This document shows positions 51,496 to 63,245 of a DNA stretch of 64,000 nucleotides, piece after piece. Where the stretch lies: assembly GCF_036321535.1 (NCBI RefSeq), contig NC_087439.1, positions 41,664,001 to 41,728,000 of the forward strand. Reading direction: 5' to 3'. The notes beneath the pieces are model-generated. The model was not told where the DNA came from, ran no database searches, and saw only the letters and a program-made list of their open reading frames with translations. The first letter of the stretch is position 1, and each line of letters opens with the position of its first letter. The DNA comes from Camelus dromedarius. Lineage: Eukaryota. Both the position numbers and the translations under genes were made by a program.

Positions 51496-52868
51496 AATTA
51501 GATTTGGAAAGCTGGCCCCACTGAGGGGATCTGGTCAGACTGCCAGCCCTGTGATCTGCACAGAGAAGGGGTGATTTCAGAGATTTCTGAGGATAGTACC
51601 TAGATAATGTAACTAAGAACTCAAATGGGAGTTAAAATCAGCTGATGTAAATGAGGTGGAAGATAGAATGCATGGAATCAACTTAGTAATACTTTCAGCT
51701 AAGTTAATTTAACAATGTAAGACCATGTGCATATATCCAGGCTAGTTTATATGTAAGCTATTCCTAAAAATACCCTTACACTGCAAGGAAAGTTTATGCC
51801 CATCAGCTGACTGTGCACATGTCAGGGTAAATGGGGAAGGTGGAGAAGGGCAGCTCAAGCAGAGGGGAAAGCCCATTTATCTTAGAGACTGGATTTAGGA
51901 GAAACCATGCCCACTCCTCACACTAGTCTTCCCACCCAATTAGTGCTACATTCCAGTTAAATAGCCTTAGGAGGTTTCTGAAACAGCAACCGCTTCAGCA
52001 ACCAGGAATCATGGGGATATTGTAATATTTAAATGGAAACTATCTCAAATTTAGACCTGATTTCATATGCTTCATTGTGCTCAACTAATTAGGTTTCTTG
52101 CATTTTAAAATTTGAGTATGAAATTTTTGCATACTTATCTGTGTTCCTTCCACTAATCATTTAGGCCTTTGGGGAACATTGGCATTTGTTTTTGTTAAAG
52201 AATTTTATGGACTCAGGTGGATTTTCTCAATCTGCCAACAAAAAGGAATAGAGGTATTACATTAAAATGAATAATTTTTTAAAAATGATACATTTTGGTA
52301 AGCAAATTGTCAAATGCTCATATCTCATTTAATTTCATTTTTGTTAATTTGAAATTAAAAAAAAAAAAACTAGTGATCCTTTCAAGGGAAAGCTCAGCTC
52401 GTGTAAAAAAAGCCACAAAAAATGACTCCGGCGACCTTGGCTGCACATCCAGCGGTCAAATGTTTCAATGNNNNNNNNNNNNNNNNNNNNNNNNNNNNNN
52501 NNNNNNNNNNNNNNNNNNNNNNNNNNNNNNNNNNNNNNNNNNNNNNNNNNNNNNNNNNNNNNNNNNNNNNNNNNNNNNNNNNNNNNNNNNNNNNNNNNNN
52601 NNNNNNNNNNNNNNNNNNNNNNNNNNNNNNNNNNGTGTCAATCCGTCCACTTCTAATCATTTTCCCCGTGAGTAAGGAAACCATACCTGAAGCTGATTGT
52701 CTGGTTCTACAGGGAAAGCAATTGTATCACCTAGGTCATTTTTTAACTTCTATTACTGGTTTTGTTTTGCTTTTTATAATTGAGCTGGAAAAAAAAACAT
52801 GATTAAGTGAAAATGAAATATTTTTGAGGCATCTGTGAATTCCTTTATTTAGACTGCTTTTGGCAGTG

Positions 52869-53021
52869 GCCCAAAGTGAAAGTAAAATAATCTATATTGG
52901 AAAAAAATATTTGTAGTTAATATGGTAAAGCATTATTGTCTAAATAGCATATAAAAATGTCCCCAAAGATAATCCACATGATAGGAAATATGATTAGCAA
53001 ATATTTTAAAGCATTTAATAG
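52869..53021 (+). repeat. Copy 1 of a 153-bp local duplication (L1-derived); copy 2 at 54979-55132
   Basis: Both copies read gcccaaagtgaaagtaaaa...tctatattgg...gataatccacatgataggaaatatgattagcaaatattttaaagca. Confidence 0.92.
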
Positions 53022-53569
53022 TGTTAACCAATGGATTCAATGAAAAAATAATATTGTTATACTTTTCGAAGGAAGCATCCTACTATGGCAGAAATGATAC
53101 TCTAGGAGAAAATAAGGGGAAAGAATGTATTTGGGAGTGGGAGGTCGAGGTAACAATGAGAATGAGCATGGCCAACCATGCATTTAAAGGTGGAAAAGCA
53201 GCAAAACTCTCACAAGTGTGCGAGTGAGTGCAATTTTTACCTCTTTTCTACTCTTCTCTTTCTTCTCTTATTTCTAAGAATAATATTTAAAGCCCACAAA
53301 GAAAAAAAAAGATGTATGCTTTCTCTTTTTCCTTTTTCTGCCACACTGTAACATCATCCCTTCCTGTCAGGCAAGGTACTGTGAAGTTTGAAGGACTGAT
53401 GAGAAAATGTCATAAGGTAATACAATCTACAGACTAGAGGAAACTGACTAGTAATAGCTAAATAATCTTGAATTTATGTTTTCAACAGGAAGATTTTAAT
53501 ATATCATGATATCATGATAGGTAAGTAGTCTTAGTTTTTCTGTTTTTCAATTTAGTAGCTGATTTTATT

Positions 53570-55610
53570 AATATATGATTCCATAACATAGAACAGAAAT
53601 GTGACAACCCAGAAAACCAAAAGAATTAACCATATTTTTAAGAGTTAATAAGGAACTCAATAAAACTGCTGAACATGAAACAAACATACTAAAATCAACG
53701 GCATTCCTTTAAGCAAATGAAAGTAAGAGAAAATGTAATAAAAGGACAATTACAGTTATAACAGGAAAAAATTGTAAAATATTCAGGAACAAGGTTTTTG
53801 TGTGATGTAGGTGATCTACAAATACTATGTCATGATGATATGAAATGGGCTTGTGTTTTGATTCAAAAGAAGATACATGTTTACCTATTTAGTTTTAATA
53901 TTAACAGTGATAATAGCAACAACATGATCATCTAATGGGGTTTTGTAAATATTGAAGAGCAAGTGAGAGAATACACATGAAAGAACTTTGTAAAATGTCA
54001 AGTACTAAGCACATGTTATATTAAAAATTATTCTCATAGTTAACATTTATTGGGTACATGCTATGTTGCAGTAGTTTTATATACATAATCCCTACACTTT
54101 ACAGCAACCTTGGAAGTACCACTACCTTCAATTTACAGAGGAAATAACTGAGGCTCAGAGAGGCTAAGCACCTAGCCCAAGATCACACAGGATTTAAGCC
54201 AAGACTTACATATATATATGTGTATCATAAATATATGTGTATATATTTATGTGTCCCACTCTACAGTCTTCACCTTTTCCATTATCTCATTCTGCCCCTT
54301 AATTATATAATATTGGGCTTTTAAATGTTATTTATTGTGAGTTAGAAACTTGAATTAATGAAGAGACAGGTTATGTTTGTGGATATAAAGGTAAATCCAT
54401 TGAAGCTTCCTAAATTAATTTATAAATATAAAAGTATAATCTCAATAAAACCCTCAGCTGGATTTTCTCAGAAGGTGATGGAATGATAAAAATTTATTTG
54501 GAAACATAAGCTAATGAGAATAAAGGGGTATTTTCTAAAAGAAGCTATAAATGTTGAAAAGCCATTTCAGATAGCAAACTATAGTAGAAAATTATATAAT
54601 GTAACTTTTTTGGTACTGTGCTAGATCTAGGGAAATAGAGAAAATCTCAATGTGCTATAGATAAGAATTTTATATATACATGTATATATAAAGAGCATTA
54701 TAAAACAATGGGAAAGAGGAATATTTAATAAATGGTTGAGATATTAGAGTTTGAAAAAGAAGAAATTCAGGTACACATCTCACAACGTATGCCAAAATAC
54801 ATTCCAGATGGATTAAATAGCTAAATATTTTTAATCAAATTTTGGGGGAAGTTGCTGTTTGTTAGACATTTGGTAGGATTGTTGTCTGAGCTTTGAAGTA
54901 ACAGAAAAAAGTCACATTGCAAAATGCTTAACATATTTAATAATATAAAAATATTAAATATACCTACTCCCCAAAAAAGCCCAAAGTGAAAGTAAAACCG
55001 TCTATATTGGGAAAAAATATTTGCAGCTAATGCAGTGAAGCACTATTGTCTAAACAGCATTTAAAAAACACCCCCGAAGATAATCCACATGATAGGAAAT
55101 ATGATTAGCAAATATTTTAAAGCAATTAACAGCAATAGCAATAACAGCAAAGATTAAAATAATACTAATAAGATTTCATTAGTATAAAATCATGGAAATT
55201 TCATCTCCATAGAAATTAGCACTCCTTCCTCCAGTAAAAAATAATAATACTTAAGTGCTGGTGAAGGTCACAGTACAAATTTTACGATCATACATATTGA
55301 TGTTGATGGCACTGAAATTTAGAAAGCACTTTGGAAGTGGTAAGAGCCGTAGTAATGTTCATCTCTCTGTACTTCAGAGAATTTATCTGCAGGGGGAAAC
55401 ACCAAAAACACAGGGGAAAATGCATAATTGAAAATGTTGGTTGCTGAAATGGATAGTACCAAAAAATGGGAGTTGGGGCAGGGAAGAGGAAGGTGACATG
55501 TCCAAGAGTGGGGAAATCAGCCATTAAGTTATGGTAGCTTATAAAATTATTTTCATGAGAGTTATGAAGACTTAAGAGATAATGTTCAGAAAAGCACAAC
55601 ACAAAATTTT
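53570..55610 (+). mobile_element. Old L1M/L1ME remnant (ORF2 3' part and 3'UTR) with MIR insertions
   Basis: Degraded ORF2 wording (aaacatactaaaatcaacggcattcc; cacaacgtatgccaaaatacattccagatggattaaatagctaaat; gaaagcactttggaag). Confidence 0.7.
54030..54215 (-). mobile_element. MIR SINE
   Basis: aacatttattgggtacatgctatg...tttacagaggaaataactgaggctcagagaggctaagcacctagcccaagatcacacag. Confidence 0.88.
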
Positions 55611-57049
55611 ACTTACACCGTCAGGGGAAGTCTGTGTATCATGGGCAGTAAATGGTCAGGTACTCTAAAAACTGAAAGTGATTTGATTTGTTGACATGTT
55701 AGAATAATAGATGAATTTTCATATTTATTAATTTTTCCCTATTGAAGAAAACAGACATATTTCATGATGTCCAAGAGGTAATTGAAATGTTTCAACTCAT
55801 CATCTATTATCAGTGGTAGTTGGCAGTGATTAGTTTACTAATTGCTGATTTAACTTTGTATTAAATGAAATCTAGCAGAGATTTTTCATGATTTTTAAAG
55901 ATAATTAAAGGAGGAAAAAGCAATAAAAAGACAAATTCTCTCCAGAATATTTGCTGTGTAAAAGATCTGAGCATATTAACCAATGTGAGAGGAATGGCTA
56001 AAAGGATTTCTTGTTTCTGGAAATGTATTTCAGATTATTTGATAGTCTAAAAATTGATGCACGAACTTTTATAAGATACTTCATTTATTTTTTCAGCTAA
56101 ATTAAAGTATGTACTTACCTGCAGTCTTATTTACATGTGAATCTGTGGACATAAATTTTTAGAAATGTTGTTATTGATGAATCTTATTTCTTTAATATAT
56201 TTTCCTACTTTCAAAAATAAGAATTACCCTAGAGTAAAGAAGGATTTTTGATGACAATCAAATTTGTGTAGTATTAGGAAACCAAATTTAGTTTCACATT
56301 GAGCTCTTTTAAAATACGGTTATTTAAATCACACTTTTCATGAGCTCCTCTATCAAATTTAAAATGTCACATGCAATCAGTGCTTTATAAGCACTAATAT
56401 ATTGTGTAATATAGCATTTTGCTATCATTGCAAATGTAAGACTTGATAAGAGTGTGTGGTACATGTTAGCAGCTATGGTAGAAAATTCCATGCTAGTCTA
56501 AGCCTTCTGGAAAGATATTCAAATTGCAGCACATCACATTATGAAAACAAAAGCTTCAAAATTAAATTCAGGAAAGGCATTATGCCTTTTTCCTTGGACT
56601 TTTGAGTTTCGCTAGGCAACTAGCATACTTACTAGCAATCAACCAAGGTTATATCTTGTACTTCCCTTGAGATAGAAGCAGCTGGATTCTGTATTGCTGT
56701 GGAACGCTTTGTTTCATCAAATCCCTGTGGCTCTACAGCCAATCAGCCTGTGCTTGAGGGCTGTCAAAAGGAGAGCTACAGAGAAGCTGGAGAGAATGAT
56801 TTTTTCTGCCCTCCAAGGTTCTTGGCACTTCACGCAAGTAATGAGAAGCTGTATGATGAAACAGCCTCCAAAACAAAGTCATATTTTTTCCTGAAATGGA
56901 GTGTTTCTACAAGTAAATGTAAAGTATTTAGGAAATAGGACTATCAAAAGGTAAAATGATGGGTAGTGTAAATTGCACGTGAAACCAGGTAGTAGATGTC
57001 TTACATAGGAATAAGATTTTCTGATTTACAAGATGCTTTCACATTCTTG

Positions 57050-57165
57050 ACCTATTTGGTATCCAAAGACTGTTGTGTGATTAGGAGCCATTGTGCTCAT
57101 CTTATAAAAGTAGAAATTAACATTCAGAGAGGTATTATTAATTTATCCAAGAGCTGAGATTATAA
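57050..57165 (-). mobile_element. Degraded MIR SINE followed by a (CCTT)n tract to ~57220
   Basis: ctcatcttataaaagtagaaattaacattcagagagg; then cctccttccttcctttc. Confidence 0.55.
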
Positions 57166-58199
57166 CCCATGTTTCCTTTCCTCCCTCCTTCCTTCCTTTC
57201 TTACTTCCTTCCCTTTCTCTCTGAGTACATAGGGCATAAATATGCTGCCATGTGCATGCAAGTCACAGTCTTTCTCCAATGTCATTTCCCTCCCACTGAC
57301 TGCACTTTTCATAGTGGTATTAGAGATAAAGCATCAATAGAAATCAGATCTTGACATGAAAGTTTGTGCTGGAATTATGACCAGAACATACCTACTCTCT
57401 TTACCAAGCAGTTAAAATGCATTGAAAATTTAGATCCATTTTCAACAAATATAGCTTATCTTACATTACATGCTCCATGGTAGCTGCTTTCAGACATGTC
57501 AAAAGGATAGACTGCAAGTAATAAATATAACTCGGAGATTTGGTGACAGATCATGTCTACTCAGCATTGTGGCAGTAATTTGACAACTTACTATAGCAAA
57601 GACAAATAGCAGTCTACCCCTGAATCAATGATTTTTCAAACAATGGAGGAGTGTTTAGGCAGAAACTGAACACAAAAATTTTAGGGAAGCCTTTGGACAG
57701 GACATAGGACCACACAACCCTCAAAAGTTCCTTTCTACCCTGTGGTAATATGGTTCTAAGAACAAGGATCAAAAAAGTATCTTAAGTTACATCAGAGACA
57801 AGTAGGAAAAGATAAGCAGCATAGATCAAGGCACCTCTGAAAAGCTACTGTTAAACTGAGATCCTCAGCCTCTCTGCATCTCCTTATATTGGAAAAGAAA
57901 CAGTTTACCTGGCCTTGTGAGATCAGACCTTCAACCAGTTGCAGGTCTGTTATACCAGCTAATGTCCTTATCTGAACACCAGACATGGATGAGTTGAATC
58001 ATTAAATGTTAAGTTTAGTTTAGTGGAAATATGAGAGTTAAGTAGTTGGGACAATTATGAGTAGAGGAAGATAGATACGAGTTAGTGATCCTCTTGGAAA
58101 GTACTCACTTGAATATGCGATAAAGGCTATTGACTGATACAGTGGAGTTGTTTTCAGATCATTTCATCTGAGAGATCTGAGAGATTCAGGATGATGAAT

Positions 58200-59225
58200 C
58201 AGAAATAGTCAGTCATTGCTGCCTCCTGTGATCTTACTTAGACCATCCTTCAGGCTGAAATGTCTTCTCTTTTGCCTCTCAATCTCTTGACAGTGAAGTT
58301 CTGTACCTGCTACAAGGTTCATATCAAATATTTTTCCATGAAAGCTTTAAGTCTCTCATTCTACTCATCTCTTTTGCCTAAATATCCTGGTATTTCACCA
58401 GTATTCAAGAACTTGAGCAGTGGTTTTCTATCTTCTTTCCATCCCAGCATTTCCCACCAAACCATGATGTCAGTAGCATTGTGCTGGCTCATTGAACCAT
58501 TAGCCTCGTATTTCTTTGAGCACCTCTGTCCTAAAGTCTTCTGTTCCATTCACATCCTTACCTCCATTTCATTTAGCTGCTTGTGTACACAGCTTCACCC
58601 AGAAGAGTTTTATAAACTAATGCAGCTCTACTACTGAAATATCAAGTTTCCCCTTTTCCTTTTACTTCCTTCTTCCCCCTACCCACTTTTTTTAACCGCA
58701 TCCTCTGGTTTTCCCCAACACAGCACTCACTTCTTGTCTTTACTTAAGTTTCCATCCTTTACATTTGCTCCATTATTTCAGCTTTTTTTTTTTTGGTGGC
58801 CTGGACTGTTAACCATTTTCCTCCCATATCCTTTACTTCATATTCCATTTTTTTTCAAAACACCTGAACACTTTTAAAGAAGTTTTGGAGAAAATGACAA
58901 ACCTGTGTGTTCTCAAACCTGGCTACCCATAATTGCCACACAACCATCCTCCTAAGGTGCCCACAGTCAGTTTCTCTTACATCTCAAAGCACTGAGTATT
59001 TATTAGACTCATCATGTCCCTCCACCTCCTACCTCATAGTCAGCAGATCAGCTTGCCTTCCTACTTGTCCTTATCTGCATGTCCTTAACTTCCACCTTTG
59101 ATCAGGGCGCTCAAAATGCGTTTTAAAGGAGTGAGTGTAAGCATCAAAAGCAGGAACTAGGTCCTTGTATGTCTAGCGTATAGTAAACACTTACTAAGTA
59201 TTTGTATGAATGGATGAATGAACAC
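58200..59225 (+). mobile_element. Degraded L2 fragments ending in a 3' tail
   Basis: Pyrimidine-rich L2 wording; tail gtatagtaaacacttactaagtatttgtatgaatggatgaatgaac. Confidence 0.6.
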
Positions 59226-59959
59226 TAATTAAGCCTTTACCATTTGTCATTCAGTGCACTAGTACTCGGAGATGAAAATATAAAAGTAAACGACACATGA
59301 TCCAGTATCTGTAGAAACTTATAGTCTAATAGCTCTTCAGCCCTTCTCCAAAATTTATCACATTCTGTTTTTACATTAGTGTTATTTGTGCACATACTTT
59401 ATCATTTTGGAGATTTATAGAGCTTAAGCACATAGTCTTCTCAGCACTGAGACTGGTGATGGTTCAGCTACTATTTAATACTTGATAAATAGCACTTAGC
59501 TTTGTAAAGAGTTTTCTTTTTTCAATACAACTAAGTCGCATAAAGAAAAAAAAAGATGCATTTGTTGTAGGACTTCATAGTGACATGGACATTAGTGGAA
59601 ATAAATACCAATTTACAAGCTAACTCTGTAATTTATGATTTTGATGGGTCATTGTGATATATCAGGATCCTGATTTCTCGGTTATCATATCTGAATGTGT
59701 GTAATGGTGAACTGTATTTTAAATAGGATCTCATAGTAATTGTGTATTCCTAACATGCACGTGTACCTGTCTGGTTTCGTTTGCTTTTATACAGCTTTCC
59801 TAGGCAGACACACCACTGTTCAATTGGACGCTGTGTGGCTGTTTAGGCAGTAGCTGTATAACACACTAGAGAGAATCCATGTTGCTTTCACCTTCACTAT
59901 CCTTTGAATCGGGTAGAAAGAAAAGGCATTACCCAGTCAAATCACTGACATAAGTATAG

Positions 59960-60590
59960 TTCCTTTAGTTGTCATTTGGTTTGGCTTAAATTTAAAATCA
60001 AGACCTCACATTTAGCCTTAATAAGTGTAACTTATTAGATTGAGCTCTTTATTTCAGCCTATTGAGATTTGGCAAAAATTCTGCTTTTGTCTTATTTTCT
60101 TTCCCCCCACAATCACATGTTATATAGCATATCTCTAATCTGTCCACTTACCTCCATCTGTGTTGCACCCTCCCCACCTCCCCTCCCTGTACCTATGACT
60201 GCCATCTCTCTCCTGGACTGCTGCAGGAGCCTTCCAGCTGCTCTGTGCTTCCTCTTCTGTTAGAAACTCAGCCTCTTCTCGATGCAGGCGTGTATTGGAT
60301 CACATTACTTTCCTATTAAGTCCTTAGGTTGCTTTCAGTTGTATTCATTACCTCGGCCTCCAAAACTCCATGGCTGAGCCTGTGCTCTCCTCCTCAGCTT
60401 CCCCTCCTACCTTCCTTCTGTCTCCAAACTCCACCCACACTGACCTTGACTCAGTTCTCTGAATGTAGGAAACCTTTCTTGCCCTAAGATCCTTCCTGGA
60501 ACAGTCCTCCCATGACTGACTCTTTATATTTCAGGTTCCAGCTTAAGTATCTGCTCTTTAATGTCGCTGTCTCTGATCACCCCATCCAAG
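59960..60590 (+). mobile_element. L2 fragment
   Basis: atctctctcctggactgctgcaggagccttccagctgctc...ggatcacattactttcc...cttcctggaacagtcctccc...ttcaggttccagcttaag. Confidence 0.75.
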
Positions 60591-60769
60591 GCATGCAGGT
60601 TCAGAGTTTTCATTGCTTAGTGATATGTATGGAAGTTTTTACAGGAAAAATGATAGCTATCTTGTAGTTACTTTCCAATAACCCAGCAAAAAAAAAAAAA
60701 AAAAGAAAAGAAAAAAGAAAGAGATCGATGAAATTTAAAAAAGAGATTTAAAAAAAGTACACTCTACTT

Positions 60770-62420
60770 GTTTATTTAATTAAAATTTTACGTATTAAGA
60801 AATATGTAGATACAACTTATCCTAAAATTTCTGTGAAAGGATCAAGGGCTAAAAAAAATGACCAAGTAAAATTTTGAAAAAGATTAAGAAAAGGGGAAGG
60901 TGTGCTTACCCTAACATATCTCAATACTTAAAATGCTATAATAGTTAAAACACATGACTGCACATGGAACAAATAGCTTAGAAACAGACCAACATTTAAA
61001 TGGCAACTTAGTTTGTGTCAGAGGAGACTTGCAAATGAGTTGGGAAAGGAGAGACTGTTCCAGTGAATGTCCTTTTAACAGCTGGCCTGCCACATTGAAA
61101 AAGATAGAATTACATCCCTACCTCATACCATATATGAAAATAAATTTTCAATGAACTAAATACCTAAATGTAAAAAAAGGATAAAAAAACTGTAAAACTT
61201 GTATAAAAAATTTAGGAGAATGTCTTTATGTCAGGTATGATACAAATAACACAAAGCATAAGAAAATATGATATATTTGAGTATATTGAATTAGGCTTGT
61301 GTATGACCAAATAGGCCATCAGAAAAGTGAAAAGATAGGCCACAGACTGGAAGAAAATATCTGCAATTCATTAGCTGACAAGGACTTACTATTTCAACAG
61401 GAAAGGAACTCCTGAAAAATAAGAAAGAGTCAATCTAGTAAAAAAAAAAAAAAAAAAAAAAATAGCCATAGACTGTAGACATACAATACACAGAAAAAAA
61501 GGCTAATACAATTATGAACAGATGTTCAATTCTGTTAGTAATTAGGGAAATTATAATAGAAAGAAAGCACTATTTTACACATATTATCAGGTTGGCAGAA
61601 TTTTAAAGTTTGACAATATCATGTATCGACAAGAATGCATTGAAACGGAGCTCTTACAATGCGAGTGTGTCAGATGGTTCAGCCATCTAGGAAATCCAGT
61701 AGTGAAAAATCAGAAGAAAGATTAATCGTCCCTCAGAATAGGATTGGATAAGCTGTAGTTTGTTCCTATAATGATGAATTGGGTAACAGATTGAACTGCA
61801 CAGTCAGGTTTACGTGTGTGTGTGTGTGTGTGTATGTATATACACAGTTGAGTGAAATACAGTTGAGTGAAATACAGAAGTTGCAGATAAGACAGTACTT
61901 ACATAATTAAAATACAGACCAACGCTCTATTTTACAGAAGTAAAAACATATGTAAGAAGCGACAGACAACAATGTGAGGATCATTGCCTCTGGAGATGAA
62001 GGGTGTAAGAATGGGTGGTGGGTGCGTTAGCTGTACTTTCTCACTTTTATTTATATTTTTTTTAACATTTTTTATTGATTTATAATCATTTTACAATGTT
62101 GTGTCAAATTCCAGTGTTCAGCACAATTTTTCAGTCATTCATCGACATACACGCACTCATTGTCACATTTTTTTCTCTGTGAGTTATCATAACATTTTGT
62201 GTATATTTCCCTGTGCTATACAGTGTAATCTTGTTTATCTATTCTACAATTTTGAAATCCCAGTCTATCCCTTCCCACCCTCCACCCCCCTTTTACTTAT
62301 ATTTTAAAAGGAGCAATCTAAAGAAAATATGTCAAATATTAACATCCATTAAATATGGATAGTGAGTACATGTTACATCTGGAAGTTTGAAATATTTTAT
62401 AATTTTTAACAAGTTGTACA
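60770..62420 (+). mobile_element. Old L1M/L1ME remnant (ORF2 end to 3'UTR), containing A23 (61440-61462), (GT)n (~61814-61835) and a younger L1
   Basis: gatagaattacatccctacctcataccatatatgaaaataaattttcaatgaactaaatacctaaatg; cacagactggaagaaaatatctgcaa. Confidence 0.8.
62060..62289 (-). mobile_element. Short camelid-type L1 3' end (same family as 2559-3465) inserted into old L1
   Basis: aacatttttattgatttataatcattttacaatgttgtgtcaaattccagtg...; 16-bp TSD ctttta(t/c)ttatatttt at 62044-62059 and 62290-62305. Confidence 0.92.
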
Positions 62421-63114
62421 TATCTTGCTCTCGGGATGAAAGTCTATGGATCACCCTACTCTCTCCATTTCTATTATTTTCTTTCTCAGCACCTTTTTTT
62501 TCTCCTTCATAGTGCATGCCACAATTTGCGACTCTTTTATAGTGTATTTGTTTACTTTTGTGTATCAGTTTTCTTTACCATTGTATTCCTAATAGGGAAA
62601 GGCAGAAGAGCCCTGTGGCACATTAGAAACTTCCAGGCCAAATTTAGTCATTAAGTAGAACTAAATTGAATATATTTCTTCAGAGCCTTCCTCTTGTCCA
62701 CGTGATAGCCAAGTGACATTGTCAAATGTTTTCCTAAAATCCTTTCACAGACATTCATTGCCTGTGTCCTAAAATGTAGGGCGCCATTTCTTTCCCAGGT
62801 GTCAGGCTGTAGGCTGCACAGTGATATCTAGAAAAACCACCATTGGAATTTGCTTCTCGTGCTTATAAAATACACTACACTCTTATACTCTATATGCAGT
62901 AAGTCCCACATAACCCTTTTCCCCTCTATGGTGTTAAAATCAAATATTGTTTCTTTTAGTTGATTATTGGCAAAGTAGCTGCTTGTGTTTGGAAGCTGTT
63001 GTAGAAGAAAAATATTTAGGTTTGCTATGATTTTTCTTTTCCCTATGCATCAGTTTAATTTGTGAGAGTGAAACTCTACTGCAAATTTCTTCAGTTTCTT
63101 ATGATTGAAAAAAG

Positions 63115-63245
63115 TCACGACTGAGGATCTAGAAGATCCTCAGTCTAGTTTTGGTTCTGTTACTGGTAACTCTGACCATGATTATATCCTGTTTTTTCAT
63201 TTGAAAAATGTGCAATTAGATTGATTTTCAAGGTAGTTTAAATTG
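63115..63245 (+). mobile_element. Degraded MIR3-like SINE
   Basis: agaagatcctcagtctagttttggttctgttactgg...ttttcatttgaaaaatg resembles the MIR 5' part and core. Confidence 0.45.

Larger units (their letters stand above)
2991..52634. other. Seven N runs (assembly gaps or masking): 2991-3142, 3208-3440, 8633-8766, 14282-14429, 39624-39763, 50637-50768, 52471-52634
   Basis: Directly visible. Three lie inside L1 copies and four lie in apparently unique sequence. Confidence 0.99.

Noticed and set aside
52471-52634. N run is 164 nt, the length of U1 snRNA
   Set aside because: The content is unknown, gap sizes may be estimates, and I see no snRNA promoter or 3' box in the flanks; length alone is not evidence.
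56699-56938. EGF-like reading of ORF ...SSNPCGS...FFCPPRF...
   Set aside because: Cysteine number and spacing do not fit an EGF domain, and there are no convincing flanking splice sites.
59150-59340. Tail-to-tail L2 pair as a miR-28/151-type hairpin source
   Set aside because: Convergent L2 tails are present, but only ~7 contiguous base pairs form, too weak for a pre-miRNA.
1108-61877. Short tandem duplications (ACAATTTAAA ~1108-1145, ATTTACTATTTTTAAGATT ~34262-34304, TAAAATTG ~40452-40480, ACAGTTGAGTGAAAT 61844-61877) as array or CRISPR-like structures
   Set aside because: Each has 2-4 adjacent units with no spacers; these are ordinary slippage products in a mammalian genome.
2559-62289. 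L1 orientation bias as evidence for host-gene strand
   Set aside because: Four younger L1s are minus and two are plus, and old L1s are mixed; the sample is too small to infer direction.
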